From contig BJHQ01000009.1 in the NCBI GenBank assembly GCA_014193115.1, positions 56,643 through 120,642 of the forward strand: a stretch of DNA of 64,000 nt, written 5' to 3'. Below are positions 17,584 through 27,789 of the stretch, piece by piece (the stretch's first letter is position 1; each line of letters begins with the position of its first letter). Source of the stretch: Planctomycetota bacterium. GTDB taxonomy: Bacteria > Planctomycetota > UBA11346. The position numbers and the translations under genes are program-made. A model generated the notes under the pieces. It was not told the origin of the DNA. It was given only the letters and a program-made list of their open reading frames with translations, and made no database searches.

Positions 17584-18597
17584 ATGAACTTCCTGCAAAT
17601 CGGCGTTGGCGGCTTCGGCGGCACCTGGCTGAAGACGATCTCGAAATCCCAGCACCGCTTGGCGGCGCTGGTCGACGTCAAACCTGAATCTCTGGCCAAG
17701 GCCAGCGCTGAGTACAATGTGCCGGCGGAGCGTTGTTTCAGCGATCTTGCCCAGGCGCTGGCCGCGGTGCAGATCGATGCTGCGGTGGTGGTCACTCCGC
17801 CGGCCTTCCATCGCGCGCCGGTCGAGGCCCTGCTCGAGCGCGGCATCCCGGTGATCAGCGAGAAGCCCATGGCCGAGACCATGGCCGATTGCCGGGCGAT
17901 GGTCGCGGCCCACCGCCGCACCGGCGTTGAATACACGGTGTCCCAGAATTATCGCTGGGCGCCGGCGCCGATGACGGCGCGTCGCCTGATCGGCGAAGGG
18001 AAGCTCGGGACCATCGGTCAGATGCGTTTCGACTTCTGGCTGGGAGCAGCGTTCAAGGGGACTTTCCGCGAAACCATGGATCAGCCCCTGATCGTCGACA
18101 TGGCGATCCATCACTGCGACCTGATCCGCTACGTCACCGGTTTGGATGCGGTCAGCGCTTCGGCGAGCAGCTGGAATGTGCCGTGGAGCGCCTTCCAAAA
18201 AGACAGCTCAGCGTGTTGCGTCTATGCCATGAGCAATGGCGCCCGGGTGGTCTACGACGGTTCATGGAGCGCCCACGGCAACCACACCAACTGGAGCGGC
18301 GACTGGCTGATCGAAGGAACCCTCGGCGCCTTGCGCCACAGCCACGGCAAACTGTGGCTGAACGAAACCCCGCCCCAGGTGTGGGCCAAGGCGCCGTTCG
18401 AGTGGAAGGAGATCGCCAACGATACCCCGCCACTCCTCAGCCAGGACTATGTGCTCGACGATTTCGCCCGGGCGATCGCCGAACGCCGACCGACGGCGAC
18501 CACCTGCACCGACAATCTCAACAGCGTCGGAATGGTGTTCGCCGCCCTCGAATCCCTGGCCAAAGATGGTGCCCGCGTCGCCATCCAACCTGGATGA
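17584..18597 (+). CDS. Gfo/Idh/MocA family oxidoreductase
   Basis: GVGGFG Rossmann motif, SEKPMA, QNYRW, DMAIHHCDL; GAGGAG SD. Confidence 0.93.
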   Translation: MNFLQIGVGGFGGTWLKTISKSQHRLAALVDVKPESLAKASAEYNVPAERCFSDLAQALAAVQIDAAVVVTPPAFHRAPVEALLERGIPVISEKPMAETMADCRAMVAAHRRTGVEYTVSQNYRWAPAPMTARRLIGEGKLGTIGQMRFDFWLGAAFKGTFRETMDQPLIVDMAIHHCDLIRYVTGLDAVSASASSWNVPWSAFQKDSSACCVYAMSNGARVVYDGSWSAHGNHTNWSGDWLIEGTLGALRHSHGKLWLNETPPQVWAKAPFEWKEIANDTPPLLSQDYVLDDFARAIAERRPTATTCTDNLNSVGMVFAALESLAKDGARVAIQPG

Positions 18598-18716
18598 CGC
18601 AGACGGGAAATCGCCGAAGCGCCACGCGGCGGACAGTTGGAGGAACAACCATCGGCATCCGCTAAGCCATCCAGCCCGCGGAGCCTTTGCCTGGTTTTCC
18701 TTGTCGTTTTTGCGAT

Positions 18717-21398
18717 TCAGCGGCGCGGGGAATCAACCGAGCTGCTCTGTCGCATCCGGCCGCCAGTGAGGAAGATCGCGGCCAGGGCGGTCCACCCGGT
18801 CTGGTGGCTGGCGCCCAGGCCGCGGCCGGTGTCGCCGTGGAAATACTCGTGGAACAACAGGGAATCACGCCACGCCGGGGTGCTCAGCCGCGGATCGTCA
18901 CCGAGGCACGGAGGCACTCCGCCGGGACCGGGCAGGAACAGCGAACCGAGCCGTCGTTGCAGGTCGCCGGCAACTTCAGACAAGCGCAGCTGCCGGCCGC
19001 TGCCCAGCGGATACTCCACGGTGAATCCCTTGCCAAGTACGCCGTCGAAGCGTTCCAGGGCTTCGATCAACAGGGCATTGAGCGGGAACCACACCGGGCC
19101 GCGCCAATTGGAATTGCCGCCGAACAGCCCGCTGTCGCTTTCGCCTGGTGCATACGCGATGCGCCATTCGCCGGCCTCGGTGGTCAGGACATACGGCTCG
19201 GCATGGGCCTTGGACAGTGAGCGAATCCCGAAAGGCGAGAGGAACTCCGCGGTGTCGAGCAGCCGGACCAGCACCCGGCGCAACCGCGCTGGTGACGGGA
19301 TCGCGAGGAGCAGGTGGCCCGAGCCACCGAGACCGCCGGTCTCGCAGAAGGAGATCCCGCCAGCCAGATCATCGCGGTAGGTGCGGAACCAGCGCAGGCG
19401 CTTGGCGAAACCAGGCAGCATGGTCAACGCATCGGCCGGGATCACCACCGAGGCGAACAGCGGGACGGCGCCGACCAGCGAGCGTACCCGCAGCGGCAGC
19501 CGGGTCCCGTCGTGCAGGGTCAGCTGATCGTAATAGAATCCGTCCTGCTCGTCCCACAGCCCCGCACCACCGGCGCCGTTCATGGCGTCGGCGATGGCCA
19601 CGAAATGCTCGAGAAATTTCGAAGCGATGTCTTCGTACACCGGACGATGGCGGGCCAGTTCCAGGGCGATGGTCAGCATCCGTCCGGCATAGAACGCCAT
19701 CCACGCGGTGCCGTCGGCCTGGTGCAGGTCGGCGCCCGGCGGCGGCTTCGACCGGTCAAACAGGCCGATGTTGTCGAGGCCGAGGAACCCGCCAGCAAAC
19801 AGGTTGTTGCCCTCTTTGTCCTTGCGGTTGACCCACCAGGTGAAATTGAGCAGCAATTTATGGAAGACCCGCTCCAGGAAATCGAGATCGCGCCGCCCGG
19901 CGGCGGCTTCCATGCGGTAGACCCGCCACGCCGCCCAGGCATGCACCGGCGGATTCACATCGCCCAGGGCGAACTCATAGGCCGGGATCTGGCCGTTGGG
20001 ATGCATGTACCATTCGCGCAGGAACAGCTCCAGCTGCTGTTTGGCCGAATCGGGATCGACCCGGGCCAGAGGCACCGCGTGGAAGGCCAGGTCCCATGAG
20101 GCATACCACGGATATTCCCAGGGATCTGGCAGACTGATGATGTCGCGGTTGTACAGGTGGCCCCATTCCCGGTTGCGCCCTTGGAGGCGGGCGGCGGGCG
20201 GTACCGGCTGGTCGGGGTCGCCGGTCAGCCAGTCGTGGACGATGTAATGATAGAATTTGCGGCTCCACAGCAGTCCGGCATAGGCCCGCCGGGCGGCGGA
20301 AGCGGCCTGAGGCGCGGTCTCCGGCGTGACCGCGCGGTGGAACAGGTCGGCTTCGGTTCGGCGCAGCTCGGCCACCGCCGCGATGGTCTCGGCCGGCGGC
20401 GCTGCCGCTTCGGGTCGCAGCCGCCAACGCACCTCGGCCCGGCCGCGGGCCGGCAGCCGGATTTGCAGCCAGCACGCTGCCTTGCTGCCGACGCCTTTGG
20501 GATGGACCGCGGTGGACTCGCCGTGGATGACGGCGCGTTCGATGCCGTCCTTGACGTAAGGCGAGACATTGGGTTGGCCGAACAGCCGGACGAAATTCGT
20601 CGTGTTTTCCGTGGTCAGCCAGCGCATTGGCGCGACCAGATCGGCGCCGGTCTCGATCGTCAGGCGCATCCGGCCCAGGTCCTCGTGGACCAGCAGCAGG
20701 CTGCCATCGGCCTGGACCTGCAACCACGGTTTGATCCCGCAGCCCTCGCTGCGGCAGCCCCACGACCAGGTGTTGCGGAACCAGGCCTGGGGCAGCAGGT
20801 GGACGACGCGCTCCCGATCGCAGTGGCTGGTCAGGATCAGCTGGCCGCACAGATCCTCCGGCGCCGCCTTGGCCCAGATCACATCGAGGTCCGCGAAGCG
20901 CCCGTCATCGACCGCGCCGGTGTCCTCCAGCTCGTATTCCGGCTGGTCCTTGCCCCGGCGCCGATTCTCAGCGAGCAGTTCGCCATACGGAAATCCATCG
21001 AGCGGATAGCGGTAGCGGCCGTGGGCATAGCTGGCGGTGGGCGTGGCATCGATATGCCACCAGCATTCCTTGGCGTCCTCGCCATGGTTGCCCTCGTTGC
21101 CGGTCAGACCGTACAGGCGCTCCTTCAGGATCGGATCGACGCCGTTCCACAACGCCGGCGCCAGGCACAGCCGGCATTGGCGATCGGTGATTCCAAAGAT
21201 GCCGTCTTCACCCCAGCGATAGGCCCGGGAACGGGCGTGGTCGTGAGGCAGGTATTCCCAGCACGCGCCGTCGGCGGAGTAGTCCTCGCGCACCGTGCCC
21301 CACTGGCGTTCCGGCAGGTAGGTCCCCCAGCGCTTCCAATTCGCCAAGCGTTGGCGGTCCTCCTGAAGGCGGCGGTGCTCGGCAGTGTCGTCGGCCAT
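18717..21398 (-). CDS. GH63-like glucosidase (MGH1-like alpha/alpha barrel)
   Basis: ERQWGTVREDYS, WEYPWYASWDLAFH, GNSNWRGPVWFP, GLGASHQTGWT. Confidence 0.92.
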   Translation of the reverse strand: MADDTAEHRRLQEDRQRLANWKRWGTYLPERQWGTVREDYSADGACWEYLPHDHARSRAYRWGEDGIFGITDRQCRLCLAPALWNGVDPILKERLYGLTGNEGNHGEDAKECWWHIDATPTASYAHGRYRYPLDGFPYGELLAENRRRGKDQPEYELEDTGAVDDGRFADLDVIWAKAAPEDLCGQLILTSHCDRERVVHLLPQAWFRNTWSWGCRSEGCGIKPWLQVQADGSLLLVHEDLGRMRLTIETGADLVAPMRWLTTENTTNFVRLFGQPNVSPYVKDGIERAVIHGESTAVHPKGVGSKAACWLQIRLPARGRAEVRWRLRPEAAAPPAETIAAVAELRRTEADLFHRAVTPETAPQAASAARRAYAGLLWSRKFYHYIVHDWLTGDPDQPVPPAARLQGRNREWGHLYNRDIISLPDPWEYPWYASWDLAFHAVPLARVDPDSAKQQLELFLREWYMHPNGQIPAYEFALGDVNPPVHAWAAWRVYRMEAAAGRRDLDFLERVFHKLLLNFTWWVNRKDKEGNNLFAGGFLGLDNIGLFDRSKPPPGADLHQADGTAWMAFYAGRMLTIALELARHRPVYEDIASKFLEHFVAIADAMNGAGGAGLWDEQDGFYYDQLTLHDGTRLPLRVRSLVGAVPLFASVVIPADALTMLPGFAKRLRWFRTYRDDLAGGISFCETGGLGGSGHLLLAIPSPARLRRVLVRLLDTAEFLSPFGIRSLSKAHAEPYVLTTEAGEWRIAYAPGESDSGLFGGNSNWRGPVWFPLNALLIEALERFDGVLGKGFTVEYPLGSGRQLRLSEVAGDLQRRLGSLFLPGPGGVPPCLGDDPRLSTPAWRDSLLFHEYFHGDTGRGLGASHQTGWTALAAIFLTGGRMRQSSSVDSPRR

Positions 21399-21463
21399 CT
21401 CTGGGAATCTACGCCGTGACCGGCATCCTAGCCAGGAGCGGCGTCGCGATCCCGTCTGGCGGC

Positions 21464-21898
21464 TCAGCCCGCCGGGCGCTTCTTGACCATCAGCAAGCGG
21501 TTGTGGCGACCCGTTTCATATTGGTAATCGACCACGTCCATGATCCGGCGCATCAGGAAGACCCCGAGGCCGCCGTTGCGCCCAGAGGCGACGTGGCGCT
21601 GGATGTCGATATCGTCCAGGTTGGGCAGCTGGTAGCGCACACCGTTATCGAGGATTTCCACCCGGAATTCATCCGGATTGGCATCGATGCGGACGGTGAA
21701 GCTGGCCGATTCGGCCGGCTGGTTGGAGAAACCGTGTTCGATGATGTTGGTGACCGCCTCGTCCACCGCGATCTGCAACCGGTTGAGCAACGCTGCGGGG
21801 AATCCGCCCTGGGTCACCGCCCGTTCGACCAGGGCGCGGACTGCCGGCAGCTCCGACAGCCGGATCGAGAACTCGGCGACATCGTGGAAGCTGGTCAT
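21464..21898 (-). CDS. Anti-sigma factor / Ser kinase, RsbW-like HATPase_c
   Basis: AVDEAVTNIIEHG, DNG, GGLGVFLMRRIMD. Confidence 0.9.
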   Translation of the reverse strand: MTSFHDVAEFSIRLSELPAVRALVERAVTQGGFPAALLNRLQIAVDEAVTNIIEHGFSNQPAESASFTVRIDANPDEFRVEILDNGVRYQLPNLDDIDIQRHVASGRNGGLGVFLMRRIMDVVDYQYETGRHNRLLMVKKRPAG

Positions 21899-23841
21899 GC
21901 CGGCACACGGCGGACGGTGATCAAGGTCAGGTCATCGGACTGCTCGGCGGCGCCGCGGTGCTTGGTGATCTCGTTGACCAACCCGGCGTTCAGGACCCGC
22001 GGCTCGAGTGCGCCGTTGCCTGCGATCAAGCGATAGAATTTCTCGTCGCCGAATTCCTCGTTCTGCTCGTTCATCGCCTCGGGGAAACCGTCGGTGTAGA
22101 GGACGAAGGAATCCCCCGGCGCCAGGGTGGTGCGGTTCTCGACGATGGTGCGGTCGAAGATCGGCCCTTCGTTGAAGCCGAGGGCGATGCCCTTGCCTTG
22201 GGCGAGTTCGACCGACCTGGTCACTGCGCGATAGATGACGATGGGGTTATGCCCAGCGGAAACATAGGTCAGCGAGCCGCTGCGCTCGTCGAGGATCGCG
22301 TACACCGCGGTCACGAACATCCCGCGCTTGATCTGCCGGGCGATCAGACGGTTGGCTTCCTTCAACGTTTCTGCAGCGCGGCTCGGGAACCGCGGCGCCA
22401 TCAGGCGGATGATGGTGCGGGTCACCGCCATCACCATCGAACCGGGGATGCCTTTGCCCGACACGTCGGCGACGATGAAGCCCCACACCCCGTCACCGAG
22501 CGGAATGAAATCGAAATAATCGCCTGAGACGGCCTTCGCACCCTGGTAATGGGCGGCGACCTCGAAACCGGGCATGATCGGCGGTTCGGCCGGCAGCAGG
22601 TGGCGCTGGACCTCTTTCGCCATCGACAGTTCGTAGGCCTGCTTCTCCTGCTCGACCAGCGCGTGTTGCGCGACCTTCAGATCGCTGGTCATGCGGTTGA
22701 ACGCCCCAGCCAGCTGGCCGACCTCGTCGGTCGAAGCGACCTGGGACTGGTGGTCCAGATTGCCGCGGGCGACGATCTGCATGTCTTTCAGCAGGCGTTC
22801 GAGGGGCTGGGTGACGGTTCCGGCCAGCCAGTTGGCGACCGCGACCACCGCCACCATGGCTACGATCACCGCCAAGACGATGGCGATCATCAAATTGTTG
22901 CGGACCTGGACGATGCTCGACCGGTCGATGTCCATGCGCACCTTCGCTCCGGGACCGAACTTCTTCTCGTCGAGGGTGATGGCGAACCGGTAGACCGGCA
23001 CGGACAATGAACCGGTTTCCTTGGTGGCTTCGTAGACCTCGATGGAATCGGGCAGGGCCACGCTGCTGCCACGTTTGGGCAGGAAGATGGTCTTGGCCTG
23101 GTCGCCCCGCGAAGCTGCCCCGCTTTGGGTGTCGCCGTAGTGAGCTTTCCCCAGCTCGGCGCTGAACCTTCCCGGCAGATACAGGTCGATCGACAGGATG
23201 TCGCTGGCATTGCCCATGCCGTCCCATCCGGCGGCTTCCTTGAGCCGGGCTTCGAGGTTCTGGGCGAAGCGCCGGCGATCGATCGTGCTGGATTCCTTCA
23301 GCATCCCAGCCGCCTTCATCGCGTCGAGATTGGCGATCTCGTCGGCGGTGGCGGTGGCCAGCTGAGCGGCCATGCGGGCCAGCTCGATGCCGTCGTGCTG
23401 CTTCTGGCCGAACAGGAAGCTGGTGGTGGTGAACGACATCGCCAGGCCCAGGCCGACCAGCGCGAGCGCGGTCAGGCCGCACAAAATGAGCATGAATTTC
23501 AGGCGCAGACCGGTGCCCTTGGGTCCCCGCATCGGTCGCGAGGGACCCGCGGCGGTGACGCCTCGGGTCCGGGTCAGCGAACCTGCCGACGAGGCATCGC
23601 GCTTGGGCGCACGGGCTTCGCTGTGGCTCTCCGGTTTCGCTGGGCGTTTGGATGGCTGCCGGTCAGAGGTCGGCTTGCTGGCCGCCAGTCGGGCCGAGCC
23701 GCGCCGGGCAGGACCCATGGCCGAGGCCGACGACCCATCGCTCGGGCGCGTTTTCTTCGCTGGTCCGCCAGCCGATGCGGCAGACCCGTCTTGGCGGCCA
23801 GTCCGGGTGTTGACCCGCCCACTGTCACGGCGCTCCGTCAT
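21895..23841 (-). CDS. Membrane HAMP + PP2C/SpoIIE phosphatase, RsbU-like
   Basis: Two TM segments, HAMP (DEVGQLAGAFNRM), SGDYFD, ADVSGKG, LYTDG, SDDLT. Confidence 0.92.
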   Translation of the reverse strand: MTERRDSGRVNTRTGRQDGSAASAGGPAKKTRPSDGSSASAMGPARRGSARLAASKPTSDRQPSKRPAKPESHSEARAPKRDASSAGSLTRTRGVTAAGPSRPMRGPKGTGLRLKFMLILCGLTALALVGLGLAMSFTTTSFLFGQKQHDGIELARMAAQLATATADEIANLDAMKAAGMLKESSTIDRRRFAQNLEARLKEAAGWDGMGNASDILSIDLYLPGRFSAELGKAHYGDTQSGAASRGDQAKTIFLPKRGSSVALPDSIEVYEATKETGSLSVPVYRFAITLDEKKFGPGAKVRMDIDRSSIVQVRNNLMIAIVLAVIVAMVAVVAVANWLAGTVTQPLERLLKDMQIVARGNLDHQSQVASTDEVGQLAGAFNRMTSDLKVAQHALVEQEKQAYELSMAKEVQRHLLPAEPPIMPGFEVAAHYQGAKAVSGDYFDFIPLGDGVWGFIVADVSGKGIPGSMVMAVTRTIIRLMAPRFPSRAAETLKEANRLIARQIKRGMFVTAVYAILDERSGSLTYVSAGHNPIVIYRAVTRSVELAQGKGIALGFNEGPIFDRTIVENRTTLAPGDSFVLYTDGFPEAMNEQNEEFGDEKFYRLIAGNGALEPRVLNAGLVNEITKHRGAAEQSDDLTLITVRRVPA

Positions 23842-23851
23842 TCGTCAGGAA

Positions 23852-24394
23852 TTACCCGAGAAAGGCGCTGCACGCAAGCCCAGCAAGCAGGCCTGCCGCA
23901 AGATCATCCACCATCACCCCGATCGCACCGGGCAAGCGTTCCAAAGCATTCAGCGGCCAGGGCTTCGCGATGTCGAGTACACGGAACAGGACGACAGCCA
24001 TCCCCAGTGCCAACCAGGGCGATGCTCCTGCGACTCCAGCGGGAATCAGCGCCAAGGCCAGCCACAGGCCGGCGACCTCGTCGATCACCACCTGCGGCGG
24101 ATCGATGACTCCCAACCGCCGCTGCGCAGCCGGGATCGCAAGCAGTCCGGCAATGGTGGCGACTGTGGCCAGGCCCAACCACTGCAGGAGTGACCAGCCA
24201 GCAACCGGGATCAGCGCTGCCGCGACGGCGGCGGCGCCAAGCGTGCCCCAGGTGCCGGGTCCGGGACGCAGCCAGCCCAATCCGCCGGCGGTTGCGATCA
24301 GCATGGCGAACACCGCTCCGCTGCCATCCCGCGGCGGATTCGACCGGTTGTCAGGTTCGGCTCCGTGGAGCCGTTCCTGGATCTCGTCAGCCAT
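23852..24394 (-). CDS. pgpA: Phosphatidylglycerophosphatase A
   Basis: PGPGTWGT, DPPQVVIDEVAG, FRVLDIAKPWP, GVMVDDLAAG. Confidence 0.93.
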   Translation of the reverse strand: MADEIQERLHGAEPDNRSNPPRDGSGAVFAMLIATAGGLGWLRPGPGTWGTLGAAAVAAALIPVAGWSLLQWLGLATVATIAGLLAIPAAQRRLGVIDPPQVVIDEVAGLWLALALIPAGVAGASPWLALGMAVVLFRVLDIAKPWPLNALERLPGAIGVMVDDLAAGLLAGLACSAFLG

Positions 24395-24671
24395 CCACGT
24401 CCAGCTCGCCGAACCGGCCTTCCACCAGTTTGACGATGGCCTCCACCGCTTCGGCAGCGTCAGGGCCTTGGGCCAGGATGGTCAGCTGGCTTCCGCATTC
24501 AGCGGCCAGCATCAGCAGATCGAGCACACTTTTGGCGTCGACGACCGTGTCGTCCTTGCTGATCTGGACCTCGGCAGCGAAACGACTGGCGGTGGTTGCG
24601 ATCTGGGTCGACGGCCGGGCGTGTAGACCCATCTTGTTGGTCAATTCCACCGTCCGCTCGGCCTTGGCCAT
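24387..24671 (-). CDS. ptsH: Phosphocarrier protein HPr
   Basis: GLHARP (His15) and DAKS (Ser46) motifs. Confidence 0.93.
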   Translation of the reverse strand: MAKAERTVELTNKMGLHARPSTQIATTASRFAAEVQISKDDTVVDAKSVLDLLMLAAECGSQLTILAQGPDAAEAVEAIVKLVEGRFGELDVDG

Positions 24672-24759
24672 CGCTCATCTCCCTGAGGAAGCGAACCGTA
24701 GCCGGCTAACGAGCAGTGCCAATCCGGCTGCAATCCAGGTCATCGGGAAGCGGTTCACA

Positions 24760-25518
24760 TCATTCGCCGCGGGTCAGACGTTCAGCGAAGCGGGCTTCGA
24801 GCTGGGGGACGGTTTTGAATCGGCGGACCGTCTCAGCGATATCGTACGCGACCCGGCGGAAATACACGGCGTCGCCGGTGTACAGCGTGTAGCAGGCCCG
24901 CGTGTCGCGGTCCCGGGGTTGGCCCACCGATCCGACATTCACCAGATATTTTCCGTCGCTCACATCGAAGCCTTCGCCGATCTCAGATGATGCCAGGAAG
25001 CACCGGTCGGTGGTGAACACCCCGGGCCGGTGGGTGTGGCCGATCAGGCAGATGCGCTGAAAACCGTTGAAGATCTGATCCATCTTCTCGGGATCGGAGC
25101 CCTCCCACAGATCGCTTTCCAGCACGTATTCCATCACCGGGTCCCGCGGCGAGCCGTGGACCAGGAGCAGGTCGCCCATCTCGTGGCGCTCAGGCAGACC
25201 CTCGATCAGCTGGCGCAGCACCTTGCGCCGGGGCAGCGGCTCGACCGAGTCGAGGATTTCCCGGGTCCAGTCCACCGCCCGCTTGGCCGGCGCGTGGAAG
25301 CCATAGGCCCCGAAGATCACCGCATGCTCATGGTTGCCCATGAGGATGACCTTGCAGCGCGAGGCCACCATTTCGAGGCACTCGACCGGCTGCGGCCCGT
25401 AACCCACCACGTCGCCCAGGCAATAGACGCCATCAACGCTGCCCAGGGAATCGATGTCGGCGAACACCGCCTCGAGGGCTGGCAGGTTGGCGTGGATGTC
25501 GGAGATGAAAGCGATCAC
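24760..25518 (-). CDS. Metallophosphoesterase (calcineurin-like)
   Basis: SDIHAN, GDVVGYG, GNHE, HGSP, GHTH, NVGSVGQPRD; GTG start inferred. Confidence 0.9.
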   Translation of the reverse strand: MIAFISDIHANLPALEAVFADIDSLGSVDGVYCLGDVVGYGPQPVECLEMVASRCKVILMGNHEHAVIFGAYGFHAPAKRAVDWTREILDSVEPLPRRKVLRQLIEGLPERHEMGDLLLVHGSPRDPVMEYVLESDLWEGSDPEKMDQIFNGFQRICLIGHTHRPGVFTTDRCFLASSEIGEGFDVSDGKYLVNVGSVGQPRDRDTRACYTLYTGDAVYFRRVAYDIAETVRRFKTVPQLEARFAERLTRGE

Positions 25519-25669
25519 GGCGGTGCAGGATGATTCACCACCAAACCGATGGAGTCCAGCCGGAACCTGCGCCAGCCGCGCCCGGCCGGCCGCCACCGGG
25601 ACTGGCACCGTCATTGCGTTACCTGGTCCGTCGGGCCTGCATTCCAGGGCCCGCGGTGAGGTAAACGAC

Positions 25670-26284
25670 ATGCTGCGATGCCTCCTGTTCCTGCTGATGA
25701 CCGCCGGCGCTCTGCCTGCGGCCAGCCTCTACACCGCCGAGACCCTGGCCGACGGGACGCTGTACAGCGACCAGGTCGCTCGCCGGTCCGGCGATCTGAT
25801 CACCATCCTGGTCAAGGAAACGACCAAGATCACCGACAACAGCAAGACCGAGCGTAAACGCGCCAACGATGTCAGCGCCCAGGTGACGCTGCTCCCCGGC
25901 TTGGAAGAGCTGCCCGCCGCCGCCGGCCAATCAGCGAACGGCAGGCTGCCTGCCATGGCCCTGGGCAGCGACAAGAACTTCAAAGGTGAAGGCAAGTTCG
26001 AGGCGACCGGCGATGTCCGGGCGGTGATCACGGGCCGGGTCACCGACGTGCTCGACAATGGCAATCTGGTGATCGAAGGCCGCCGCCAGGTGACGATCGG
26101 CCCGGACACCAAGACCATCCTGGTCACCGGCGTGGTCCGACCCGCTGACGTGCGCACTGACAACACCGTGATGTCCGAGAAAATCCATGCCTTCCAGGTG
26201 GCGATCGCCGGCGAAGGCCCCCTCTCGCAAAGCCAGGAGGAAGGCTTCGTCGGCCGGCTCCTCGATCTGCTGTGGCCGTTCTGA
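25670..26284 (+). CDS. flgH: Flagellar L-ring protein
   Basis: LYSD..ARRSGDLITILVKE, VLDNGNLVIEG, GVVRPAD; GAGG SD. Confidence 0.92.
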   Translation: MLRCLLFLLMTAGALPAASLYTAETLADGTLYSDQVARRSGDLITILVKETTKITDNSKTERKRANDVSAQVTLLPGLEELPAAAGQSANGRLPAMALGSDKNFKGEGKFEATGDVRAVITGRVTDVLDNGNLVIEGRRQVTIGPDTKTILVTGVVRPADVRTDNTVMSEKIHAFQVAIAGEGPLSQSQEEGFVGRLLDLLWPF

Positions 26285-27453
26285 TGCGCTGCGCCGCCTC
26301 CCTCACGGCCAGCGCGACCTGCGCTCTGCTCTTCCTGGCTTCCGTCCTGGCTGCCGCTGAGGCAACCTCGGGATCGGTGCGGATCAAGGATCTGTGCGAC
26401 ATCGCCGGGGTCCGCGACAACCAGCTGCACGGCGTCGGCATCGTCGTCGGTCTGGCTGGCAGCGGTGACAAGTCGCCCGCCACCGTGCGCATGCTCCGCC
26501 AGCTGCTGACCACGAAGAACCTGAGTTTCTCCGAAGCCGACCTGGCGAGCAAGAACGTGGCGATGGTTGCGGTCACTGCCGACTTGCCGTCCTTCGCCCG
26601 CAACGGCAGCCGGCTGCCCACCCAGGTGTCGTGCATCGGCGATGCCTCCAGCCTGCGCGGTGGTGTGCTGCTCCAGACGCCGCTGATCGCCGCTGACGGG
26701 AAGATTTATGCGGTCGCCCAGGGTCCGGTATCGACCGGCGGCTTCGGCAACGCCGGTCCGGCGGGCAGCGGCGGAGCTGCCGACCACCGAAATTTGGAAA
26801 CGGTCGGGATTTCCAGCCCCGGAGCCCTGGTCGAACGCGAAGTTCCCACCGAGCTGCTGGTCGGGGACCGCCTGCGGCTGGTGCTGAAGCACAGCGATTT
26901 CACCACCGCCCAGCGCATCTCCCAGGTCTTGGCCAAGCGTTTCGGCGTCGATCGGGTCGAAGCGGAGGATGCCGCCGTGGTCGCCCTGCGCTTCATCGAT
27001 CCGCCCACACCAGAAGATTTGACCGCGACCATCGCCGAGCTGGAGCAGCTCACCGCCCAGCCCGATGTCGCCGCCAAGGTCGTGATCAATGCCCGGACCG
27101 GCACCGTGGTCGCCGGCCAGTCGGTCTCGGTCAGCGCGGTCGCGGTCAGCCATGCCGGACTCAGCCTGCGGATCCAGCCTGCGATCGAGCGGCGCAGCGA
27201 CACGTCCGATCCTTCCAAGATGGAGGAACGGCTGACCTGGACCGATCCGGCCACCCGGATCAAGTCGCCCCGGCCGCCCGCAGGCACGGCGCCATCCACG
27301 GTTCCTGGAACTTTGACGGTGATCGGCGGTGCGACTGTGGACGACATCGCTACCGCCCTCAACGCCCTCGGCGCCCGTCCCCGGGACCTGGTCGCGATCT
27401 TCGAAGCGATCCATCGCGCGGGGGCGCTGCACGCCGAACTGGTGATCATGTGA
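26284..27453 (+). CDS. flgI: Flagellar P-ring protein
   Basis: RIKD...GVRDNQL.GVG.VVGL.GSGD, DASSLRGG.LLQTPL, GALHAEL; TGATG overlap with flgH. Confidence 0.95.
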   Translation: MRCAASLTASATCALLFLASVLAAAEATSGSVRIKDLCDIAGVRDNQLHGVGIVVGLAGSGDKSPATVRMLRQLLTTKNLSFSEADLASKNVAMVAVTADLPSFARNGSRLPTQVSCIGDASSLRGGVLLQTPLIAADGKIYAVAQGPVSTGGFGNAGPAGSGGAADHRNLETVGISSPGALVEREVPTELLVGDRLRLVLKHSDFTTAQRISQVLAKRFGVDRVEAEDAAVVALRFIDPPTPEDLTATIAELEQLTAQPDVAAKVVINARTGTVVAGQSVSVSAVAVSHAGLSLRIQPAIERRSDTSDPSKMEERLTWTDPATRIKSPRPPAGTAPSTVPGTLTVIGGATVDDIATALNALGARPRDLVAIFEAIHRAGALHAELVIM

Positions 27454-27495
27454 TTTCCTCAACATCGCCCATTTCCGCTCCGGAGGCACCGTCTC

Positions 27496-27789
27496 ATGTC
27501 CATCTCTGCCATCGTCCCGACCGCTGCTGAACCGAGCGGAAACCATCCCAAGCTGCGCCAGGCCGCTGCGGATTTCGAAGCCTTGTTCCTGCACGAACTG
27601 CTGCGCGACAGCCGCGAATCGTCGATCGACGACGAACCGCTGCTCGGCGGCGGCAATGCCGAGGCGATCTGGAAGGACCTGTTCCACTCACGACTCGACC
27701 AGCAGGCCGCCGGCTCGGTCGGGATCGCCCAGCTGCTGCTCAAAGATCTCCAGAAATCACAGGATTCCGGCACAGGCAACACTCCATGA
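27496..27789 (+). CDS. Rod-binding protein (FlgJ N-terminal domain only)
   Basis: LRQAAADFEALFLHELL...GIAQLL; located directly after flgI. Confidence 0.8.
   Translation: MSISAIVPTAAEPSGNHPKLRQAAADFEALFLHELLRDSRESSIDDEPLLGGGNAEAIWKDLFHSRLDQQAAGSVGIAQLLLKDLQKSQDSGTGNTP

Noticed and set aside
16364-17687. Long ORFs in several frames across the repeat region
   Set aside because: Products are translations of stop-poor GC-rich palindromic repeats, lack an RBS and overlap thuA.
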